Below are positions 37,637-47,700 of a stretch of DNA of 64,000 nt, piece after piece. This stretch comes from a virus (lineage: Duplodnaviria > Heunggongvirae > Uroviricota > Caudoviricetes). The notes under the pieces were generated by a model. It worked only from the letters and a program-made list of their open reading frames with translations. It did not search any database and had not been told where the DNA came from. Location of the stretch: the IMG/VR virus record IMGVR_UViG_2654587674_000003, one strand, 5' to 3'. A program made the position numbers and the translations under genes. Position 1 is the stretch's first letter; the number at the start of each line of letters is the position of its first letter.

Positions 37637-38575
37637 ATGCCTCCCCGTTCCCTAATACACAGACGGGGACACTCTGCGGTCGATTTTTTGACGGGGGACG
37701 ACTCATACCCCGTGGCGTCAGGCTTCTTAGGCCGCTACCATCATCAGATCATCGTTTGCATTTACTTTAATGGTCGGGTTCTAAACCGCCGCAAAGTCGC
37801 TAACCATGACGAAAACCCTAAAAAAGCCCACCCGAAGATGGGCAAATACGCTACATCTCACACAAGAAAGAAGCCGACTGCCTGAGCTGGATTCACTTTC
37901 AAATGCCCGCTGAAAGGGATCACAAGTCGGCTTCTTTCTTGATGCGGCACTCTCTCCGCCCGTCACCGCTCTGTCTCGGTTGTCGCGTTTGCCACGCCAG
38001 CCGTAACGAGGTTTAAAGTCTTTGCACGTTTCCATCACTCGACTGCCGTCTGTGGCTGTTCGTTGCAGCGGGGGTGCCTCCCCCTGGGGATATCCCCGGC
38101 CTTACCCCATTCTTTCAAGACACAATGCAAGGCCACATCCGCATAGGTGCATTACCGCAACATTAAGGAGACTCAGGGCAAAAGGTAACCGCCACAAAAA
38201 TCCCTATGCCTCCTTAATGTTGAAGATGTGCATTGATGATTAGATGCAGCATGTACCGTTACTCTCTGCCGGACCATCATCAATGAACACCTTAAAAAGA
38301 CCTTCCGTGGCTCAACATGTATTGTCGTTTACTCCGCAAAGTGCTCTCTCTGAAACCACTTTCCGCACTAAACCTGTTGAACTTTGGTCTGCTCGGTGCC
38401 AAAGCGTGCTCTTGGTTTACTATACTTTTCTAACACTTTAATTTGTTAATTGCTGGTGGGCATACAATAACCAATAAGTGACTATCAAGCCCAGCAAGCG
38501 AAACGTGGGTACCGCCCACCAGCAAGGAAAATTCTATGTTAAGTCATCTTCACAATCAATACATTCAAATTGTGA

Positions 38576-38597
38576 TTTTAGATTTCTAACACATTAT
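38576..38597 (-). promoter_or_regulatory. TTTCTAACA box facing the 1.2-kb noncoding region and tRNA genes
   Basis: ttttagatttctaacacatta; on the minus strand reads TGTGTTAGAAATCTAAAA toward lower coordinates. Confidence 0.35.
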
Positions 38598-39802
38598 TTC
38601 CCGTAAAGATCTTCTACACCCCCATTCTTCTTATCCCATTCGTTCGCCCATACCCGGCAAGCGTCAATGATTTCCTGACGACGATCTCCTTGCATGAACG
38701 GAATGCTTTCATGGAAACAGCTTGGAATGCAGGCCACACTGAATACAGTATCAAACTCCGTCTGCTTGATTGCCTCCAGCGTCTCCGGACGCATTTTTAA
38801 TTCATCGATTGGCGCATCCTTAGAGTCCATAATCCGGCGATATAAGCGCGGAAAATCCGTCTCCAGGTACGCCATAATTTTATCTGCGAGACATTCGTCT
38901 ATGTCGGTATTCCAGTCCTTTTCGAAGCCCGGCAGGCGATAGTAAAGCGGCGTTCCCCATACCGATGGGATCACATCCATCGTTAACAGGCGATTAGTTC
39001 TGATTTGTTGATGGTAATTAGCCGTCAGCAGTGCTTCGCCACGCTGCCCAGTTTCCGCAACCAGGCCGTGCGGATACTCATGGATGTAGGCAATGGCATC
39101 CCTTCCATCATACATAAGTGGAAATGTCTCTGGTCTTTGTCCCATGCCACAAGCACGGTTCAGATCGTGACCAAGCTGTGAACACTCTCGCTTTAATGTT
39201 TCGATAATGCTCTGCGCTGTAGCCAACTTTTTACGCAGTGTGACGCCTTCGCCTTGATAATCAATGCATTGCTGATTGAGCTTGGTTAAACGCTCTTTTA
39301 GTTCCCGGCGCTCTCTTTTCAGCGTGCGGTTATCCTTCTCCGCAACATCCAGCCGCTTTGTCAGGCTTGGCGGATAGTCTTTTTTGTAACGGTTCAAATC
39401 GGCTTCGGCAGATTTACGCAGTGTATTTGCCTGTTCAAGACGCGCTTCCAGATTGCCGATCTCATTACGCATATTCGCGGCAAATTGATTAACTGCATCG
39501 CCCAGGCTTTCAACTGTCGCTGATACGCCTGTGACTTGTGAAAAACGGATCAAGCCATCATTAACGGCTTGTTGGTATTCCTCAAACTGATCCACCAGCT
39601 TATTGTAATCAACTGCCCCATCATCAAGCAGCTTGTTGATTTCCGCCACTAGGTTATCTGTAGTGGCAATGACACTCTCGTGCAGTCGCTTTGACAGGTC
39701 ATCACCCGGATTCCGTTTCTGTATAAGAGCGATTTGTGTGCGCAGCGTTTCAATTGCTGTCGAGATAATTTCCAGATTAGAAGTATCAGTGTGTTGACTC
39801 AT
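38594..39802 (-). CDS. coiled-coil protein, function unknown
   Basis: 402-aa ORF; box 30 nt upstream of start. Confidence 0.45.
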   Translation of the reverse strand: MSQHTDTSNLEIISTAIETLRTQIALIQKRNPGDDLSKRLHESVIATTDNLVAEINKLLDDGAVDYNKLVDQFEEYQQAVNDGLIRFSQVTGVSATVESLGDAVNQFAANMRNEIGNLEARLEQANTLRKSAEADLNRYKKDYPPSLTKRLDVAEKDNRTLKRERRELKERLTKLNQQCIDYQGEGVTLRKKLATAQSIIETLKRECSQLGHDLNRACGMGQRPETFPLMYDGRDAIAYIHEYPHGLVAETGQRGEALLTANYHQQIRTNRLLTMDVIPSVWGTPLYYRLPGFEKDWNTDIDECLADKIMAYLETDFPRLYRRIMDSKDAPIDELKMRPETLEAIKQTEFDTVFSVACIPSCFHESIPFMQGDRRQEIIDACRVWANEWDKKNGGVEDLYGK

Positions 39803-39830
39803 TGCTATTCCCGTTACTTTGTTAAATTAT

Positions 39831-39846
39831 TTTTCTAACATATATT
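39831..39846 (-). promoter_or_regulatory. TTTTCTAACA box
   Basis: ttttctaacatatatt about 30 nt upstream of the start of ORF 38594..39802. Confidence 0.4.
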
Positions 39847-39882
39847 ATTAGTTTGATGACAGTATCGAAAGATGCAATAAAC

Positions 39883-39910
39883 AAAAAACCCGCTAATTGG
39901 CGGGTTTTTA
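39883..39910 (-). terminator. intrinsic terminator
   Basis: aacccgc-taattg-gcgggtt with A6 on plus (T-run on minus), just after the stop of ORF 39916..40230. Confidence 0.55.
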
Positions 39911-39915
39911 TGCAA

Positions 39916-40230
39916 TTACTGTGTTGCAGCCTGATAAATAAGATACGCGATAAATACAGGTACGATGGCCAATTGCAGCAATGAAAGTAGCCTCATTACT
40001 GTTATTGGGGTAACTCCATCCACGTATTGTTTCTCTGACATTTTCCCGAACCAACTAACCGACAACAGTGCCGAGTTTTCCCCCAATTCCAGCTCTCTGA
40101 GAGCTTCACGGATTAACGGCGCTGTCACAGCCTTAACCGGTGTGCTCAACGTGATACTCCGCGTCCTCCCCGCATCGTCAGCGAACGCCAGACTCACATA
40201 ATATTTTTTGCTCAATGTACAAACTCCCAA
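39916..40230 (-). CDS. small membrane protein
   Basis: 104 aa with C-terminal TM segment LLSLLQLAIVPVFIAYLIY. Confidence 0.4.
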   Translation of the reverse strand: MGVCTLSKKYYVSLAFADDAGRTRSITLSTPVKAVTAPLIREALRELELGENSALLSVSWFGKMSEKQYVDGVTPITVMRLLSLLQLAIVPVFIAYLIYQAATQ

Positions 40231-40412
40231 TCATCAGCGCTTGCACTTTCCGGGGTTATGTGAACCTTATCGCCAGTAACAATATTGCGAGCTTCAAAAC
40301 TTCCATTGATACGTTTCGAGATCTCAATACATAGAGCCTGCTGCCATGAGCGACGACGAGCGATAGCATTAGTTCCTGCAGGGATAAGTTCTGCCACGTT
40401 AAGTAACCGCAA
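40212..40412 (-). CDS. hypothetical small protein
   Basis: 66-aa ORF. Confidence 0.3.
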   Translation of the reverse strand: MRLLNVAELIPAGTNAIARRRSWQQALCIEISKRINGSFEARNIVTGDKVHITPESASADDWEFVH

Positions 40413-40426
40413 AACGATTTCTCCGT

Positions 40427-40735
40427 TTAATCAAGACAAACATACTCCGTGATAGCTTTTATGGCTTCAGCGGCACTGCGCGCCTCAAAGCAGTAGTAAC
40501 CGGCTTCTGTGAGGCGAGTCATCCAGACGAGTTGTTCGGGAGTCAGGCGATTTCTCCCATGTTTCATCTCAATGCGCATTCCGTGGTATCCCCCACAAGC
40601 AAGGTCTATAGAAAGATCGGGATATCCCTTCTTTTGGCCCTCTGCCACCATTTTTATTGCCGTCCTTATGCCTCGCAGGCCACCGTTTGGAGTGGCGTGA
40701 GTATGCTCATACACATAACGCATATTGCGATACAT
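40427..40735 (-). CDS. VRR-NUC-like nuclease domain protein (start uncertain)
   Basis: GYPDLSIDLACGGYHGMRIEMKHGRNRLTPEQ matches VRR-NUC pattern as recalled; track ORF extends to 40921 through a box, so an internal ATG was chosen. Confidence 0.4.
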   Translation of the reverse strand: MYRNMRYVYEHTHATPNGGLRGIRTAIKMVAEGQKKGYPDLSIDLACGGYHGMRIEMKHGRNRLTPEQLVWMTRLTEAGYYCFEARSAAEAIKAITEYVCLD

Positions 40736-40873
40736 CCAGTCCAGGACGCGAACCTGCTCGTAATGCTCATGGTTCCTTTTGATTAGATCTGGGTTTTTCT
40801 CCAGTTCTCTAAGAGCTGCGGCATGTGGGGATGTTTCAGAATATTCACTGCGACGCCTTCTCTTTCGCGCTAT

Positions 40874-40887
40874 TTTTCTAACACACC
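40874..40887 (-). promoter_or_regulatory. TTTTCTAACA box
   Basis: tttttctaacacac upstream of the VRR-NUC-like gene. Confidence 0.35.
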
Positions 40888-41057
40888 CATTGATAGTAAA
40901 TATGCGAAATAATAACAACAACGTTAGATTTGTAAAACAAGAGAGATACTACTCAAGGATGGTCTATATGCAACAGGTCGGATTTGCTTTTAGAGTAAAG
41001 AGTGACCTTAATCAACAAGGAGGGTAAATCGCATGGCATTTACCCAACCTGTTATTT

Positions 41058-41318
41058 TTAAAGGGTTATTTTATCCTGTTCGGATAATTCTTTGATTGTC
41101 TTGTCGATTGCGATCAACCAACCTTCATAGGTTAAATCATCAACAAGTTCTACCAACTTATCATCGGTGTGAGGAAAGTATATCCAGCTCCAGTTCGCAG
41201 GGTTTTCTGCTTTTCGCAGCGTAAAAACCTTCTTGTATCGGTGGAACTCAAGGATATACCCCTTCGATATGGAATATTCCTTTAGGTCTTCGACCGTAAA
41301 CCTACGATTCTTTCGCAT
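41058..41318 (-). CDS. hypothetical protein
   Basis: 86-aa ORF. Confidence 0.35.
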   Translation of the reverse strand: MRKNRRFTVEDLKEYSISKGYILEFHRYKKVFTLRKAENPANWSWIYFPHTDDKLVELVDDLTYEGWLIAIDKTIKELSEQDKITL

Positions 41319-41320
41319 GG

Positions 41321-41755
41321 CTACCCCATAATTCGATATTTCTCTATAGACTCGTCGTAACTTGTGTACACGTATGGCTCTGTATCATCGGCATAAGGTG
41401 CGACTTCCAGAGCATGAACAGGATTGTTTACCGCGTCATTTTCCAGGCGATCGCTCGAATACAGATGCCCAGCCAAAACCGTAAGCGCCGGGCGACTCAT
41501 TTTGTAGATCTCTGCCACATCACTATCTACAACTTGTCCAAATGATATGTCGCCGCGCTCCAGCAATAACGTTTTAAGCGCAGGCCACCACGGCCCATAA
41601 AGGTGATAAAGCTGTGGATCTCGTTTCAGCCTTTCCACCATGCCATTCAGATATGCATCCAGAAACGCCTCTTCACTCCTGCCATTGAGCGCCTGCGGCA
41701 AAATGTCCTCAAGGTAGGATTCCGTCGGTTTTACAGTGTCAATTAATGTCGTCAT
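41321..41755 (-). CDS. hypothetical protein downstream of darB
   Basis: 144-aa ORF. Confidence 0.4.
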   Translation of the reverse strand: MTTLIDTVKPTESYLEDILPQALNGRSEEAFLDAYLNGMVERLKRDPQLYHLYGPWWPALKTLLLERGDISFGQVVDSDVAEIYKMSRPALTVLAGHLYSSDRLENDAVNNPVHALEVAPYADDTEPYVYTSYDESIEKYRIMG

Positions 41756-41791
41756 TCAAATTCGGCCCCAGTTGGGGCCGCTCCTTATCTG

Positions 41792-44700
41792 TTAGGCCGC
41801 ATCGGCGATTATTTTACGCAGTTCATCTACCGAGTAACGCGTAGATACCATCCATGCAGGACGGTCAAAGTTCACATCAGCAACCGGGTTTGCTTCAAAA
41901 TTCCAGAAACGTCCGCCAATCTTCTTAATCGCGTCTTTGGCGTTCCGTATTGTCGAGGAACCTGGTTGGTCGGCAATGAGATAAACCGCGCCAACGTCCT
42001 CGCTGACGCTCCACCAGCGCCCGCGAACACGCGCCTTAGCGCGAATCGGCTTATCATTAACCACAATGATATAGTCATCATTCGCCGCTTCATCAGCTCT
42101 GGCTTCAGCCACTGCCGCCTGCTCTTCTCTTTTGCTTTCAGCCTGCTCAAGCCTTTCCGCGATCTCTGATTCAGTGGCCCCGCCGTTTTTCAGCGATACA
42201 TAGTCCTGCCACGTTGCCGATTTGAGCGTATCCGGCAACTCATTCACATAGTCGCCGTCTTTCAACTCACGGGCGCGGCGGGTAGCCATTTCTACCAGGC
42301 GATTAACAGAAACAGCATCAGCAAAATCGTCCTTACTAATGTGTTTTTCATCAAATGCATTGATGACAGCCCCCACCTTAATCCACTGTGCTGCCGGTGA
42401 TTCCAGGGGGTTATCAGCCTGAACAATGGCGAGTTTCGCTCCATCTACCCCATTATTCGCCAGCTGTTCCAATGCCGCCCATCCATCTGCATCACTGAGT
42501 GATTTATATTGCTCAAACAATGCATCGCGCCAGGCCACCAGCGCAGAACGTGTTTTTTCGATCTTCGCCTTAATTTTCGCGATCTTGACCTGATTAAACA
42601 TCCGTTCAATATCATCGATATTGCTAAAGGCTTTCATCCTGCCCTGGAATAAACGGTATGCCAGCACGGTCCTCCAGAATGATTCCAGACCTTCTCCGGA
42701 CGGTTTGCGGAACAAGCTAAGAATATCTTCAGAAGTGACTTTATTAAGCGAACGACCTGACAGACCACGCCCAGCCATCCAGTTTTCGAACTCATGGGCA
42801 ACATCATCCATCGTTGCCTGTGCGCCCCATGCCTGCATTCCCTGGGTGTAATCATACCCATACAATGCCTGGAGGAATCCCTCGCCGTCCACGATATTCA
42901 GCGGGTTATCACTGGCTTGTATTTTTGCCACTTCACGCTTCAGCGCCTCGTCGTTGCCATCAGGATATATCCATCGCTCAGGTGCTATATCCGATGCTCG
43001 CCCGATTTTTTGGCCTATCACGCCATCATAGGCCGATGACAGCGCGATCTGACCATCATCTGTGCGATATGCCCAGTATTTAATAGCTGACCCACCGCCC
43101 CATGCATTACCAGGTTTACCAGCAATAACATTCATTACCCCATTGCGAATAGCATCATAGAACTGATCGCGAGTAAGTATTGTTGATAGCTGGTGGCACT
43201 GAACACCACGCGCAGCCGTTGCGCGCGATTCAGCTACCCCCTCTTCAAAAGTTACCGCTTCAATCACAGAGTCAAACGGCAATGTAACGATTGACCCCGG
43301 TGCTCGAGCGTAACGACTTGCTCTATCCAGCCAGGCGATACGGCAGAGGTATTGTGCTTTTTCACCGTCAATTTTTTCCACCCGGACAATCGCTGTTGTT
43401 TCGCGATCATCAATGACTGCACGGTAATAACTACCTTTATGCAACAGGATATTCTTGTCAGTGCGCATATATTCCTGTGGGTTCTGAATAACATCGATAC
43501 TGATATCCAGCACACCAGACTTAATAGCGCGCTCCACATCACCACGAGAGCGTTTCATTATGGTATCCGCGTCTTTTGCCCTGGTGATCGCAAACCGCAG
43601 CACCCGCGCACGTTTTCTGTAGCTACTCAACTGCTCAAGCGCGTATTTTTGCCCATTCCTGTTCGTACCCGCTTTTATCAGGTCGTCAAGATTGCGCTGG
43701 TAATACTCTATCTGTTCCATCGCGCTTTTCAGTTCTGTCTCCATCATGCCGATATCTTTTCCGGCGGCGTTTGCCGCTTTCAGGTAGATATCGAGAGCAT
43801 TGTTGGCCTCGCGCTGTGCTTTCAGTTTCAGACGTTCTTCACGCTCTTGCGCCTGGCGAGCCATGATTGCGCGGCGTTCTTCCGGGTTTGCCGCCAGCAT
43901 AATGGCGCGTTCATCAGCATCATCCGCATCACCATTGGCGATCTCTGACATGTCGGATGTCATCACCATCTTGATCCAGTCTTTCTTACGTTTCAGCGTA
44001 TCCAGACGGAAGTCGTCGAATGTGCCTTTGCCACAATAGTAGTGAACATTGACCTTTTCTTGCGGTGAACCTACGCGCGCACCGCGCCCATTTCGTTGGT
44101 CGATACTGGCTGGTGTCCAGGGTAGTGTCAGGTGGTGGATATCGGTTGTCCCGATGTGCAGGTTAATACCTACTTCAGCCTTCTTGTTACAGATTATGAT
44201 GCGCGTGCGACCTTCGTTATAGTCGGCGGCAATACCTTCCATGCCCTCAAGGCCAGCATCATTTTTAGCGGAGAGATAATCCTCATATTGGGCAAGTTTG
44301 CTGTAGTAGGTTTCCCATGTCCCTTCTTTGTATTCACCGTTTTTGTTTGGAGTAGGTTCGGTCGGCTTATTCACCTTCTTCAGCTTGATGCCACCAGCCT
44401 GGCTAACTGTCGTCGCATTGATAATGCCAATCTCCTGCTCCGGCATTTGCAGTGCACTGGCGATAATACGGCGCAGCTTCTGGTGCTGGGCTTTTTCATC
44501 AATAAAGACGATCTGCTTACCGTTCTTCAGACCTTCACGAAGATTTTCGATCAGCGCGGCATACTTCGGCGGGATGGGGTGCGACACCTGCTGCATATCA
44601 ATGCCGGCAGCCGCAATGGCCTTCAGTATTTCAGCTTCCAGTTCAATGCTGGCACGTATTTCAACATGCGTCGGATGTTCACTAAAAGCGGTCTTCACTA

Positions 44701-47700
44701 CCTTGCTGGTACGCGTACTGACCAGCCCGCCAGCGCCGTCTTCCTCGGCCTCATCAACATCATCTGCCACTTTACCGCCAGCTACTTTTGGCAAGGCATC
44801 AGCAATAGCTTTTACCTGGTCTGCAAGCTCAACGGGGAACTGGAATGTAATCGCACTGGCATACAGATCCGGGTCTATAGCAACCTTATCCATGTCACGG
44901 ATGATGGAGAAGATGAAATCATCCGGTTTGTCGTTAGTGATATGCCCGTTTTCATCGACTGTCAGCTCATCATTGCGACTTAACTCCTGAGCACGCTTAC
45001 GAAGCTCTTCATAAGCAGTCTCCTGCTCCCCTGTCATCGGGATCTGCAAGGTGTTCTCGATGATGTCGGGAATTTTAACCGTCGCTCCGACATCTGCAGC
45101 AGTCTTCAGAGTGGTCCAACGATGGAAAATACCACGCAGGCCGTCAAGGTTCTGGAAGCCCACCAGCCCCTGCTTCTCTTCCACTTCCCCGGAAATTTTC
45201 TGGACCTGAACTGTGGCTGTTTTGCCAAACACACGAACGAAATCATCAGGCGTAATGATGCCCATACGCATCCACTCTTCCTGCGGAATGACAGTAGACA
45301 GCATGTTGAAGGCATCAATCGGACTGTTCACCAGCGGTGTTGCCGTCAGCATGACTACACCACGCCCGTTGTTGCGTTTCATCATGTACGCAGCTTTTAC
45401 AGCCATGTCGCGGGCCATCTTGGATACTGCCGGGTTAGGCAAATATGCCAGTTGTCCCGCTTCACGCCCGGCATTAAAGGAGTTGCGGTAGTTATGCCCC
45501 TCGTCGGCAATCACGCTATCGAAGTTCATATCCTCAAAGTAAGGGATATTCTGCTTCTTCGTTGTACCGGTATTCGCGGCCTGATCCTTAATCTTGTTCT
45601 TCTTCTGCGCATCACGGTGTTTACCGGACGCCAGGTCAAGACGCCCCATTTCCACAGCATTAAAGACAGCTTGCTGTGAGTTCTCCTCGATGGTTTTTTC
45701 TCGTAGCGGGATAGACGCGAATTGTTCTTTTGTCATGATGACCGTTCGCCAATTTGACGACGGGATCATGTTCATACGCTGAACGATAACGGCGCTGGAG
45801 GACTCTTTCACAACATTTCTGGTAAGAGGCTGCCCGTTACTGTCGAGGCGTGGTTCGCCATTTTCATCAAGCACCGGCGCGGTCAGAATATTTCCGCTGT
45901 CATCACGAACTTCATCCAAACCGATAAACATCATATTGGCGAAGGCATCAGCACTGTAGAAACTCTGTGCCTCGTGATACCAGTTCTGATAAACCGCCTT
46001 CGGAACAACAATACACGTGCGTTTAGTGCGACCTGTTTCGAAGTTATACGCCTCAAGCGCAAGCGCGGTCGTGGTTTTACCCAGCCCGGTACCAAATCCC
46101 ATGATGCCACGCCCATCTTCTGACAAGCGCCGAACTTCTTCATTCTGATAAGTCAGAGGAATGCGCTTTCCACTAATCCCTTCCAGGCCAAGCGGTGCGT
46201 CAGAATGTGTGAACGGAATGAAACCATTGAATGCGTCGTTATAGTCACGGGCTATCTGATCCGCCTGCGGGTGGGTGCGTAACCAGTCGTTAAAGCTAAC
46301 TTCCAGTTGAGCAATTTTATCCAGGTACTCGTTAGCGTTCTGCCCACGCGGTTTAACACCGTTCAGGTAGTTTTCTAACTGGTTCAGGAAGCCGTCTTTA
46401 TTGTTGGCCTTCTTGAACTCATTCCCGTTTTTGCCGTTTACGGTTCGTAGCTGATAGCCGGTAAATACCCCGTCCTTACCTTCGTAATCGTCCGGAGATA
46501 CCAGAATGCCATCGACGACCTTCAGATCAGGTTCAGTGTACTTAAACTCGTCATAGCCCTGCTCTGCCAGGAACTCTTTTATCAAGCGGCGATCCAGCCA
46601 GCGGGCATTCAGATTAACGGTGACTTTATTTAGTGGCGTGAAAATGCGTTTCTCTTCGATTTTCGCCAACTGACGCTCAAAGTTCGCTTTCTGCTCACCT
46701 GTTGACGCATCACTCCAGCCCACCAGCAGTGCTGTTTTGGTTGCAACATCGCCGCTGGTGGCGCGGTCCATCGGCAGCAGACAGCCATACCCATCAATAG
46801 CGATATCATCAAATTTCGCCAGGTATTCAAGGACCGCGTCGTCGTCCTCTGGCAGTTCACCAGCAAACGCCTCACGAAAGTCGCCCAGCGTTATAGGATT
46901 AAGGGCTACATCACTAAAAAGATGTGCTATCACTTGTTCAGGACGCGTAAAGTCAATACCGGCAGCACCATCCGTTACATCAAGTCGCCCTGCCAGAAGG
47001 TCAGAAGTGGAACCATCCTGTTTCACATTGCCAGTGAACGTCATCCAGTTTTTAGCGCCAGCTTCAGCAAGCCCATTCAGCTTAATCGCGTGCGGTGGTC
47101 CATACTTCGCAACTTCTGCTGCCGCCAAGCGGGATGCATCTGCCAGTTTGTCATCAACGTTCACCCCCAGGTTACGCAAATCAAGTGCCTTGTTGATCAA
47201 CTGACCTATCAGTGCACCGCGCATAACGCGCTCCCTGTCTTTTTCTCGCTGCTTGCCAGCAAAGCGAATCATTGCTGCCACTTCATCACTGACAACCGAT
47301 GGATAGTCAGACGCGATCGCCGATATCTGGTCCCATGACAAAGCCAGAATGCCATTTGTTGACTGAAACGCGATCTGCAGATCGCCAAACGTCGAAACAC
47401 CATATCGACTTACATCAAGCGCGGAGGATTTGGTTGTCGTGTCCTTAACCCATTTCAGACCATCAAACTCATGCCAGATACCGCCTACAAGGCGTTTATC
47501 GCCCACTTTCGCGCCCTGCCATGCCTGAGTAGTTACGCCGAGTAAATCCCAATTGATGCGACTATCAAAGCGACGAGATAGCGCGGTTTTCATCGACTCA
47601 TTGGATACACGACCGTCTTTTTTCACCACCAGGGTATTGCGGAAGCTGGTACGTTCCATGTCGCCGTAAACAAATCGCTTCCCTTCGGTTGTAAACCATT

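Noticed and set aside
43352-44990. Plus-strand ORFs of 198, 283 and 220 aa inside the darB region
   Set aside because: They lie antisense within the 2278-aa DarB-like ORF, have no RBS or motif support and are typical shadow ORFs.
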